DNA from: a virus
Taxonomy: Duplodnaviria > Caudoviricetes
Virus record (IMG/VR): IMGVR_UViG_2871846418_000001
Span: 7,517 to 71,516 of that record
Length of the DNA: 64,000 bases
Reading direction: 5' to 3' (one strand)
The notes below the pieces were generated by a model, which was not told the origin of the DNA, made no database searches, and saw only the letters and a program-made list of their open reading frames with translations. The stretch's first letter is position 1. Every line of letters starts with the position of its first letter. The translations under genes and the position numbers were made by a program. Below, piece by piece: positions 35,105 to 43,846 of this stretch.

Positions 35105-36003
35105 TGTTAGCTACTAATACTGGGAAAGCTTATAACGGGTTTCGTCCCGCATTGGACATGACTAATTCAATACTGGAGCCGAAGGTTCTGTTTAACGCTT
35201 ATAAAGCGCGTGTTATTGCCGATGGCGGTTACATTCCTGATGAAGCCGGGTGCCTTGGGCGTTTCGATTTCTTGATGGGTAGTGGTATGTACGAGCATGC
35301 GGTGACATGTTCCGTGCCTGCTTACGGCCTGAAGGTTGATGCCAAAGGGGATGTGCAAACTGTTTACAGCTTAATCAGTCAGGCTGCCGATTTAATTGCC
35401 GTACAGCAAGGTGCTGGCGATACGATTAAATATGATGCTGCGACACAATCCGTCTCGGTTCGCGTCACGTCCGCTGGTGGATGGTACCTGAAGAGCCGGG
35501 AGAACTTACGGATCCAAAAGGGCCGCACATACATGATTGCTGGACGTCTCAGCGATTCCTATAACGCGGATAACCTTGGCCTGACGGTAGGTATCAGCTT
35601 ATCAAATTTACCCTTGGCTTATCTGCGTACAATGATTACCAACGGGCAAGCGACTACCGAATCATGGCGTTATGGATCGCGCGACAGTGCATGGACTGGC
35701 TCCGCTGCTGGTGGAGCAGTGAATGCGGCGACCATCACTTATGCTGATTATGTTCCCTCTGCCGCCCTGTTCCGTGTCGATCAAGGTGTCATATCTGGAT
35801 ATACACGCGGAAGGTTAGAGAAGGAGGGGCAAGCCGTTACTGGCAAATTAGCCGACCTTGTCAGCTTTACTGCGCCGATTATTGTCGGTGCCGCGATGGC
35901 GGGTGGAACCGTGGGGGCGTGCTTCGGCACAATGAAGGACATTATCTTCCTGCACACTGCAGAAGAGGCGGATGCTGTTCAGGCCTCGCGCTTGGGCATG
36001 TGA
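35101..36003 (+). CDS. Tail-fibre-associated beta-rich protein
   Basis: YKARVIADGG motif; coupled to tail fibre. Confidence 0.65.
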   Translation: MMLATNTGKAYNGFRPALDMTNSILEPKVLFNAYKARVIADGGYIPDEAGCLGRFDFLMGSGMYEHAVTCSVPAYGLKVDAKGDVQTVYSLISQAADLIAVQQGAGDTIKYDAATQSVSVRVTSAGGWYLKSRENLRIQKGRTYMIAGRLSDSYNADNLGLTVGISLSNLPLAYLRTMITNGQATTESWRYGSRDSAWTGSAAGGAVNAATITYADYVPSAALFRVDQGVISGYTRGRLEKEGQAVTGKLADLVSFTAPIIVGAAMAGGTVGACFGTMKDIIFLHTAEEADAVQASRLGM

Positions 36004-36004
36004 T

Positions 36005-36078
36005 TTGTATCGAGCAGTGAAATGCGCTAAATTCCCCAAAGATGCCGACCTATGCTTAACAGCAGGGTCGGTTTTTTT
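36005..36078 (+). promoter_or_regulatory. pR'-like late promoter 3 with terminator
   Basis: TTGTAT-17-TAAATT, TGCGC, then GCCGACC..GGTCGGTTTTTTT. Confidence 0.72.
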
Positions 36079-36101
36079 ATTCCATCAATCTGTGACCCCA
36101 T

Positions 36102-37727
36102 ATGCCTGATATTGACATCACAACTATGGGCGGCGAGATGCCGCGCATGGTCGCACACCTGTTGCCACAATCCTCTGCGACGATCGCCAATAACTGCCAC
36201 TTTCGCCATGGCGTGATCACTCCGAATAACGTTGATGCCAAGCAAGCTAAGGTATTTAGCATTACGCCTGGCACTATCTTCAACTATCACGATGACATTT
36301 GGTTTGCCTGGAATGGCATCGTTGATGCGATCCGCAGTCCGGTCGCCAATGATGATTATGACCGGGTGTACTTTACCGACGGTACATATCCGAAGGTGAC
36401 CAGTAACCGTATTGCGACACAGGGACAAGGCAACTATCCGTCGGCGCATTTCCGTTTGGGCATTCCTGCGCCAGAACATGCGATTGTGATTGGGGGCGTC
36501 ACGCCGCCGGCAGACCCGGGCGAAGATGATCCGACGGATGACGAAAGTCGGTTCTATGTTGAAACCTATGTGACTGAATACGGTGAAGAGGGGCCGCCGG
36601 GGCCAGCGTCAGCAGAGGTCACTATTGTTTACCCGGGTAGTTCGGTTGCTTTACAGCTACAACCGCCGGGCACCCAAAACAGCAACATCACGCGGCGTCG
36701 CATTTATCGTTCTGCAACCAGCGACAGCACGGCTGATTTTCTGTTGGTGGCTGAGTTGGAGATTGCCATCGGTTCCTATGACGATTCATTGTCTGGTGCT
36801 GAGCTAAGCGCGGCGCTTGAAACCTACGACTACATGATGCCGCCGGAAGGTATGATCGGTTTGTGTGCAATGAAAAACGGCATCTGCGCCGGGTTTAAAG
36901 GCAACGAGGTAATGTTCTCTGAAGCCTATCTGCCGTATGCCTGGAAGCCAACTAACCGGCAGACCACCATGAACAAGATTGTCGCCATCGCACCAGTCGG
37001 TACTTCGCTGGTAGTCGGTACTGAAGGCGATCCGTATTTGTTCAGTGGCATCACGCCATCAAACATCAGTAGCACAGAGCCGAGCATCACACTTGCCTGC
37101 GTCTCACGACGATCAATGGTGGCTATGGACGGGTTTGCTATTTACGCTTCACCGAACGGTATTGTCACTGTGGACGCATCAGGTAATGCGCTGGTGGCCA
37201 CTGAGAAAATCATTGAACAAAAGCAGTGGCGGAAGATGTTTAACCCTTCATCGATTCGCGCCTGGCGGATTGAGAACGAATATCTGGCGCTATACGACAC
37301 GGCCGACGGCACTGCGGGTTTTATCTTCAATCCCCAAATGATGGATATCCGGCACATAACAGCCTCGTTCGATGCCGGCTTTAACGATGAGAAGAGCGAC
37401 ACGCTTTACATCGTGAAAGGTACCCAGCTTTATACTCTGCAGGGTGGTGATGTGTCAGTTAGCATGCGCTGGCGCTCGAAAATGTTTCTGGCACCTTACG
37501 ACACCTCTTTTTCTTGTTTGCGCGTCATGAGCGATCAGTTGTTCTTCGTCGGTATCAACATCATTGTCGATGGCGCGCTGGTGATTACTTTGCCGCCGGG
37601 TACAATGCGGGAAAACATGCTTAAGTTGCCGCCTATATCTGGTCGAAAGTGGATGATCGAAACGTGGGGGCGGGGACAGGTTGACCGGATCACGCTATCC
37701 ACCTCAATGATGGAGATGCCCGCGTGA
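36102..37727 (+). CDS. Tail tube/nozzle protein
   Basis: 541-aa beta-rich ORF, FSEAYLPYAW; position. Confidence 0.7.
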   Translation: MPDIDITTMGGEMPRMVAHLLPQSSATIANNCHFRHGVITPNNVDAKQAKVFSITPGTIFNYHDDIWFAWNGIVDAIRSPVANDDYDRVYFTDGTYPKVTSNRIATQGQGNYPSAHFRLGIPAPEHAIVIGGVTPPADPGEDDPTDDESRFYVETYVTEYGEEGPPGPASAEVTIVYPGSSVALQLQPPGTQNSNITRRRIYRSATSDSTADFLLVAELEIAIGSYDDSLSGAELSAALETYDYMMPPEGMIGLCAMKNGICAGFKGNEVMFSEAYLPYAWKPTNRQTTMNKIVAIAPVGTSLVVGTEGDPYLFSGITPSNISSTEPSITLACVSRRSMVAMDGFAIYASPNGIVTVDASGNALVATEKIIEQKQWRKMFNPSSIRAWRIENEYLALYDTADGTAGFIFNPQMMDIRHITASFDAGFNDEKSDTLYIVKGTQLYTLQGGDVSVSMRWRSKMFLAPYDTSFSCLRVMSDQLFFVGINIIVDGALVITLPPGTMRENMLKLPPISGRKWMIETWGRGQVDRITLSTSMMEMPA

Positions 37728-38992
37728 GTAACAAAGGAAAATTCCGTTCAGGTACAGATCTGCCGACGGTTGCAGAGAACATTCAGACATTGACCGGACA
37801 GCGCGGGGATGGCCTTGATCGTGCGGTGACAGTGCGTGATTTGGCGCGACTCGGCTTCTCGACCAAGAAAGCAGGTAACGGTGGAGTATCTTTGATCCCC
37901 GGATGGACGCCGCCGCCCGATTGGGGTGGGCCGGGTGCAAACAAACCGACGCAGTTCCCCACAAAACCTACCGGCTTCACGGCGTATGGCGCATTTTCAT
38001 TTATCGCGTTGGTGTGGGATATGCCGAAGTACGGCGGCCACTCGCTAACGGAAATCTACCGCAATAGCGCCGATAACCTGGCTGATGCAGTAATTGTGGG
38101 AACCGAAGCCGCAGGCGTATTCAGTGATCCGCAAAACACCGGTACGCCGGGTGCCTATTACTGGATCCGCCATGTTAACGCCAACGGCGTGCCGGGGCCG
38201 TTCAATGACACCGCCGGCACGTTTGCGAAAACGGATCCGGATGCCGCACAAAACCTGATTGCTGACCGTGTTATTGCCGGTATTGAGATGATCACACCGT
38301 TGCTGCGTTCTGCGCGAATTGAGAATGGCCGGTTCAAGGTGGACGAGAACGGCAATATGACAGCCATCAACGCCAGCATGAACTTTATGACGGCCAATGG
38401 CGGGTGGTTCTATGACGTGTACGCCGAGCGGGCCACATTCAGGAACTGCCAGATACTGGAAGACTGTGATGTCCGCGGCACTATCTACGCCAATAAGCTC
38501 GTTGGCGATGTGTATAACACTCAGTCTGGGGGAATTTTCATGCCGCCATTGAATCAACCAGGCCAGTATGGATTCACTTGGGCTAGCCAAGCCGGCGATC
38601 ATGTTATCTGGAACATCGCTGGTGAGGATTTTGATCGCGTGATGGATACGAACGTGACCATCGAGGCAGGCAGTTCTGATAGGCAATACCTCACCCTGAT
38701 TATGCGTAGCCCCGGAAAAGACGATATTCAGATCGCCTATAAAGATACCGGGAACAATGGTGAAAATGGCAATCTAAACTACCAACTTCAAGGTATTAAT
38801 CTACCCGCTGTAGGCCGTGATAAATATCAACAGTTAATTTTGAATATTCGAGAAAACCGCACTGGGTCAGTTGTAATTTTTACGCCAGTCATCAGCGGTG
38901 GCGCTGGAACAGGTTCCCCTGAGGTGAGGGCAAAACCGGTAATTGGCGTCTATAAATCAGGGCGCCAGATAGCCACGAGCGGCCCACAATGA
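37724..38992 (+). CDS. Tail tip/host-specificity protein
   Basis: FN3-like YYWIRHVN, then GRFKVDENGN..GTIYANKLVGDV J-like segment. Confidence 0.72.
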   Translation: MSNKGKFRSGTDLPTVAENIQTLTGQRGDGLDRAVTVRDLARLGFSTKKAGNGGVSLIPGWTPPPDWGGPGANKPTQFPTKPTGFTAYGAFSFIALVWDMPKYGGHSLTEIYRNSADNLADAVIVGTEAAGVFSDPQNTGTPGAYYWIRHVNANGVPGPFNDTAGTFAKTDPDAAQNLIADRVIAGIEMITPLLRSARIENGRFKVDENGNMTAINASMNFMTANGGWFYDVYAERATFRNCQILEDCDVRGTIYANKLVGDVYNTQSGGIFMPPLNQPGQYGFTWASQAGDHVIWNIAGEDFDRVMDTNVTIEAGSSDRQYLTLIMRSPGKDDIQIAYKDTGNNGENGNLNYQLQGINLPAVGRDKYQQLILNIRENRTGSVVIFTPVISGGAGTGSPEVRAKPVIGVYKSGRQIATSGPQ

Positions 38993-39357
38993 CAGCACTT
39001 GAAGAAAAAGTGCTGGCCCTTGCCAGGTGCAGCGCCGACAAAAATCTGTTAACCGATATCCAAGACGCCTGCCGTAAAAAGCAGGCGTTTTGCTTTGGTG
39101 CTGATGATGCGCGGATTGTCTTGCGTCCGCGCATGAAAGACGGCGTGCCATATGTGGTGGTGTGGCTTGGCGTGAGCACGGCGACCGATGGCTTACTGCG
39201 ATATACGCCGCGCGTTCAAGAGTTGACACGAATGATCGGCGGCAGGTGGGCTGAGTTTTATACAGACAGAAAAGGGTTCATCAGGGTGGCAAGGCGGCTC
39301 GGTTTTGTGCGGCTTCCTGATGAAGATGGGTTAATGAAATTCCGGATCCCGGTGTGA
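38989..39357 (+). CDS. Hypothetical late protein
   Basis: 122-aa coupled ORF. Confidence 0.7.
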   Translation: MTALEEKVLALARCSADKNLLTDIQDACRKKQAFCFGADDARIVLRPRMKDGVPYVVVWLGVSTATDGLLRYTPRVQELTRMIGGRWAEFYTDRKGFIRVARRLGFVRLPDEDGLMKFRIPV

Positions 39358-39364
39358 GGGTTGT

Positions 39365-40036
39365 ATGGGTAAAGGCGGCAGTAACGAAATTAAAGAAACA
39401 GAGAACGAAAAGGCGGCTGCGCAAGTGGCGGCGCAGCAATGGGATCTCTATCAAAACGAACTTCGGCCCTATGAAAACCTGTTCATGGATAAAGTGGATG
39501 CGCTGAACAACGAACAAAAATATTCCGATATTGCCAATGCTACCAACCTTGGCTATCAGTCAGAGTTTGGCAAGGCGCGGCAGGATACGGCAACACAGTT
39601 GGCGGCCGGTGGCGTGGATCCGAGCAGCGGTAAATTTCAGGGCACGCTCGATAATATTACTTCTGACCAGGTTGTCGGCCAGATCGATACAACCAACCGC
39701 GCGCAGAGTACCCAGGCAGATAAATACGTTGCCGGTTTGCAGGATGTGGTTGCAATGGGCGCGGGGCAAAAGGCTGATGCCATGGCCGGTTTCAACAGCA
39801 TAGCCAACAGCAGCATGCAGAAAGCTCAATCGGATGCTCAGCGTTCAATGGGCAATCGGCAGGCAACGGCAGGGCTGGCTGGTGCGCTAGGAGGTGCTGC
39901 TGTTCGTACCTACGGTCTGAGAGATGCGGCACCTTCAGTCGGTTCAGGATCCAACGGCGTGTTTGGCGGCGGCAGTAGCAGCGGTGGTCAATTCGGTGTG
40001 TCAAACACGCCTTTCGGCAAAACAACCTTCAAATAA
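39365..40036 (+). CDS. Putative internal virion/ejection protein
   Basis: Ala/Gln/Gly-rich helical protein; position. Confidence 0.65.
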   Translation: MGKGGSNEIKETENEKAAAQVAAQQWDLYQNELRPYENLFMDKVDALNNEQKYSDIANATNLGYQSEFGKARQDTATQLAAGGVDPSSGKFQGTLDNITSDQVVGQIDTTNRAQSTQADKYVAGLQDVVAMGAGQKADAMAGFNSIANSSMQKAQSDAQRSMGNRQATAGLAGALGGAAVRTYGLRDAAPSVGSGSNGVFGGGSSSGGQFGVSNTPFGKTTFK

Positions 40037-40048
40037 TGGGAGCCTTAT

Positions 40049-40435
40049 ATGGGACAGGCTGCGGATACGTATGCTCGATTGATACGGGAGCAATATGCGG
40101 ATTGGCAAAACCGTTTTTACCCTAAACAGAAAGAATTGATGGGGCTGGCAACCAGCGGGCAACTGATGAATGACCAACTGGCGCGCGCTGATGCGAATAC
40201 TCAGCAGACATTGAGGACTGCTCAGGTAGGCCAGCAGAACCAAATGGCGCGTTACGGCGTGGCTCAAACCCAAACGGCCGGAGACAACAGCCTGGGATTG
40301 CGTTCGGCGTTGGCAACGGCCGGCGCCAAAAACGGGATCCGCGAAGGTGAAGCGGATCGGCAAATGAATATCCTGACGGGGGGCAGCGCCAGCCTTCGCC
40401 AGCAAATGAATATCGGCGGTGGAGGAGGTAGCTAA
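40049..40435 (+). CDS. Putative internal virion protein
   Basis: 128-aa Gln-rich ORF. Confidence 0.65.
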   Translation: MGQAADTYARLIREQYADWQNRFYPKQKELMGLATSGQLMNDQLARADANTQQTLRTAQVGQQNQMARYGVAQTQTAGDNSLGLRSALATAGAKNGIREGEADRQMNILTGGSASLRQQMNIGGGGGS

Positions 40436-40866
40436 TGGGGTATGGGCTGATTGATATCGCGAACCAGACACGGCAGCAGGCACTTCAGGGCTTTGGTGAA
40501 GCGTCCTCACGTGAAACCTATCGTGAGGTGGCTAACCAGCAGCTGAAGGATGCTGAGCAGCAAATGAAGATGCAGATGACGGGAACTGGCGCTGGCATGG
40601 GACTGGCGATGGGATCCGGTAGCTCATTGCTTGGCGGTGGTGCGGGTACTGCCGCAGGTTCAGCGGCTGGCGCTGGCGCTGCGGGAGCCGCAGGCGCGGC
40701 AGCCGGAACAGCCGCCGCCGGTACCGCTGCAGCAGGAACAGCAACGGGTGTTGCCGCCGGCGCAGGTACTGCGGCAACGACGGGCGCGACAGCTGGCTCT
40801 TGGGGCGGTCCCATCGGGATGGGGATTGGCGCTGCGGTCGGCCTGCTGGCAAGCCAACTTTTCTAA
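40435..40866 (+). CDS. Gly/Ala-rich putative ejection protein
   Basis: Long G/A/T-rich segment, GPIGMGIGAAVG hydrophobic end. Confidence 0.65.
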   Translation: MGYGLIDIANQTRQQALQGFGEASSRETYREVANQQLKDAEQQMKMQMTGTGAGMGLAMGSGSSLLGGGAGTAAGSAAGAGAAGAAGAAAGTAAAGTAAAGTATGVAAGAGTAATTGATAGSWGGPIGMGIGAAVGLLASQLF

Positions 40867-40875
40867 GGGGTGGAT

Positions 40876-42207
40876 ATGGGTGTTCAAGGTTTAGCTGATG
40901 GCTTCCTGGCTGGCTTCAATACTGCTGATGCGGCTATCTCTCGTAATAAAGAAATGCAGCAGCGTGATGCTGCCCTTCAGCAACAAATAAAGGACTCTGA
41001 TCGCAATTACAGTTTACGGGAAGCCGACTTCAATTATGGCAAAGAGCGTGACCAGCGAGAATTTAAGTACAAGCAAGAGCGCGATCAGGTGGGTGATAAG
41101 CAATGGGGTCTACGCCATGCTCTCGATCAGCAGCAAGTCGGTATCAGTCGCGCAGGGTTGGGGCTTCGTGCGCAGGAGCTCGGCATGCGGCAGAAAGAGT
41201 ACAACTACCGTCTGATGCAGGAGCAACGCAACCAGCGCCTGCAGAATGAAATGCCGGTGGTGCAGACGCTTTACAAACAGCTGGAGGAAACCGGCAAATT
41301 TGACCCGCAACTCTACTCGCAGATCTCTACGGACAACCCGCTGAATCCGGGGCGCTTCTTTGGACAGGATGCCATCAACAACGTGATGGAAGTGAACCGC
41401 GTTATGCCGAAGGTACTCGCCGGCGAGATGAACTACAACGATCCGAAGGTCATCAAGCTGATGAATACGGTGTTGTCGCCTCATATTCAGCGCGGTATTG
41501 GTGAGGTTGACCCACAGACTGGCAAGAAGATTGTCAGTAAGGAGCTGGGACATATTGGCGTAAGTGAGGATGGTAAATTCATCATTCCTGGTCTGAAGGT
41601 CAAATATGACGATGGCACCACCGCTGAGAAACCGATGACTGAACTAGGCTCTGCTGACGAACGCGACAACCAAATTGCCCATATGCCAGTAGCTCGATTC
41701 ATGGACGAGATCCGCGGCTACGGTCAGATGGTTGGTCAGATTAACCAGCCTGACCGAGCGGCATTCCTCAATAACATGGTCAACCCACCGGATAAAACAG
41801 CCACCCGTGAAGAGGCGAAAGGACTCCGTAGGGATTTGCTGGATGTGGGCAAGGCGCGTGCTAGAGCACTGTCTGAAGCGATGGATAAGGATGCAATAGC
41901 TGGGATCAATGCTCAGTATGATCTGTTACAGAATCAGGTGCTGGAAAATTACGGGCAGCCTGGCAAGACTGCCGATTCCTTTGAGGATTTTGCGAACGAA
42001 TATCAAAAAGAAAACGGAGCTCCCCCTGATCCTAAGAATGGTCAAGATATTCAGTTCTATCAGCAGTGGAAAGCTCTTAAGCAGAGTGGTTCAGTAGCTC
42101 AGTCCTTTGCAAAGGATCAGCCACTGGCCTCAGCATCGCGACAAGTGGCTGATAGCCACACCGCCCAACAATTGCGTGAGTTCCGAAGGCTGTCGCAGAC
42201 GAATTGA
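40876..42207 (+). CDS. Putative DNA-transfer/ejection protein
   Basis: GLADGFLAGF N-terminus, coiled-coil. Confidence 0.68.
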   Translation: MGVQGLADGFLAGFNTADAAISRNKEMQQRDAALQQQIKDSDRNYSLREADFNYGKERDQREFKYKQERDQVGDKQWGLRHALDQQQVGISRAGLGLRAQELGMRQKEYNYRLMQEQRNQRLQNEMPVVQTLYKQLEETGKFDPQLYSQISTDNPLNPGRFFGQDAINNVMEVNRVMPKVLAGEMNYNDPKVIKLMNTVLSPHIQRGIGEVDPQTGKKIVSKELGHIGVSEDGKFIIPGLKVKYDDGTTAEKPMTELGSADERDNQIAHMPVARFMDEIRGYGQMVGQINQPDRAAFLNNMVNPPDKTATREEAKGLRRDLLDVGKARARALSEAMDKDAIAGINAQYDLLQNQVLENYGQPGKTADSFEDFANEYQKENGAPPDPKNGQDIQFYQQWKALKQSGSVAQSFAKDQPLASASRQVADSHTAQQLREFRRLSQTN

Positions 42208-42244
42208 CAAACATCCCGGTAAAATATACTGTATGTATGTACAG
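42204..42244 (+). promoter_or_regulatory. LexA-repressed promoter
   Basis: TTGACA-17-TACTGT overlapped by SOS box CTGTATGTATGTACAG (42229-42244). Confidence 0.85.
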
Positions 42245-42295
42245 TAAAATTAGAAAATTGAATTAATTCAATGCGTGTCACATGCAGGAGGTGCT

Positions 42296-42457
42296 ATGAC
42301 ACTGGGCGATGAGGATATTTTAGCCAGCGTGGCGGCGCTGCTGGAGTTACTGACACACTGCGATGAGGATACGAAAATAGAGACGATACAAACTACAGCT
42401 CTGCTAGGATGGCACTTGTTGAGAGGTTTGAATAACAGAGATGTATCGTTAAAATAA
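42296..42457 (+). CDS. 53-aa LexA-boxed protein, candidate antirepressor
   Basis: AGGAGG RBS; directly under the LexA-box promoter. Confidence 0.65.
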   Translation: MTLGDEDILASVAALLELLTHCDEDTKIETIQTTALLGWHLLRGLNNRDVSLK

Positions 42458-42481
42458 TGGGGGGTACCCCATTATTTATCA

Positions 42482-43684
42482 TTAAGTGCATGAGCAAAGC
42501 TTATTGGTAGTCATCCATTTTCCATTCGCGACAATGAATTTTATTGGTGTCTTTTTGTTATTTCTATTGGTATTGCATATAGTGCAGTGTTTATTCTGCA
42601 ATAAAGAGACATATTCCTTGCAAGGTCTGCTATTCGATTTTGAATCGCTTCTTACAAATATATTATCATTCCCTATGTGATTGTCTAGCTGAATATATGT
42701 ATTTATATTGTGTTCGGATCCATGATGGGGGGCTGTAATAATTGAGTTTGGTTGTATGAAACTTAGCGATTGTTTAAATGTGAAATTTGAATCTGCGGAA
42801 AATAAGACGCCGCAATCTGATTTGTCATCAGGGGAATAAAAAACTAAACTTTCTACATTTGCTTTTGTCAGCGATAAGTAACATAAGGCAGTGATATCCT
42901 TTTGATATGCTAATATTTCTACTGAATTAACGGGGTGTAAGTAATCTTCACCGCCTTCAGCTTGGTATTCTGAGTATTCAAACCATCGAACTTTTGAATT
43001 TGCTTCGTATGCTAGAGCTGCCAATTCTAAAATGTTAGCTGCAGACTCAATCGCTGCTTTAAAGATCCTTTCAATGTCTTTTCTGTTTTTCATTCTTTTA
43101 GGAACGATGAATGGAATGCGTGAATTAACTTCTTTTGCGTTGGAAAGGGTATTGATTGCAGACTTTATTTTGTCTAGGTGTTCTTTCCTTCTTGAAATAT
43201 CTGTATCATTTTCTTTTTTTGTTTTTTTATCTCTGTTGTTTGCTTCTGGTTTTTTGTCTAAATCATGATCATTGTTTGAACTATGCTTGCTGTAATAATC
43301 CCCTATATCCTGTAATGTAGTTGTATCTGAAATTTCCATTTCTGAACTGTAATCTATAATGTTTTTATATAATTCAAATAGGAAGGGGATCGATTCTTCG
43401 ATTAAGTCATCCAATCTATGGCTCCAACTTCCTGGCAGCCATAGTTCTTTACTTGACCTTTTAGATCTATAATAACCTAACAAACCGTTGACATGATCCG
43501 CATCACAATGCGTACAAATTATTATATCAACCTCTTTCTCTCCAGTATTAGTGAATAATAGATTCGGGAATTTATCTTTACTTTTTCCACCATCAACTAA
43601 TATTTTATTTTCGTTCCTTCGGAGAAAGAATGCATCACCACATCCCACTCCAATTGCAATAAATTCATCTGATATCATTTGCAT
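42482..43684 (-). CDS. MBL-fold (ComEC/Rec2-like) hydrolase moron
   Basis: VGCGDAF, LVDGG, THCDADH, HHGS; AT-rich; reverse orientation. Confidence 0.85.
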   Translation of the reverse strand: MQMISDEFIAIGVGCGDAFFLRRNENKILVDGGKSKDKFPNLLFTNTGEKEVDIIICTHCDADHVNGLLGYYRSKRSSKELWLPGSWSHRLDDLIEESIPFLFELYKNIIDYSSEMEISDTTTLQDIGDYYSKHSSNNDHDLDKKPEANNRDKKTKKENDTDISRRKEHLDKIKSAINTLSNAKEVNSRIPFIVPKRMKNRKDIERIFKAAIESAANILELAALAYEANSKVRWFEYSEYQAEGGEDYLHPVNSVEILAYQKDITALCYLSLTKANVESLVFYSPDDKSDCGVLFSADSNFTFKQSLSFIQPNSIITAPHHGSEHNINTYIQLDNHIGNDNIFVRSDSKSNSRPCKEYVSLLQNKHCTICNTNRNNKKTPIKFIVANGKWMTTNKLCSCT

Positions 43685-43750
43685 GCTACCTTGATTGCTT
43701 TTGTTATTAGTTCATCATAATCAATAATAAATAACATTATCAATTAAAAA

Positions 43751-43823
43751 TTAACAGACGGCATCTTTTGCGCTAAATTACCCAATGATGCCAAGCCTCG
43801 CTCTAACCAGCGGGGCTTTTTTT
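43751..43823 (+). promoter_or_regulatory. pR'-like late promoter 4 with terminator
   Basis: TTAACA-17-TAAATT, TGCGC, then AAGCCTCGC..GCGGGGCTTTTTT. Confidence 0.72.
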
Positions 43824-43846
43824 ATGCCTAAAATCTGGAGCCCAAA

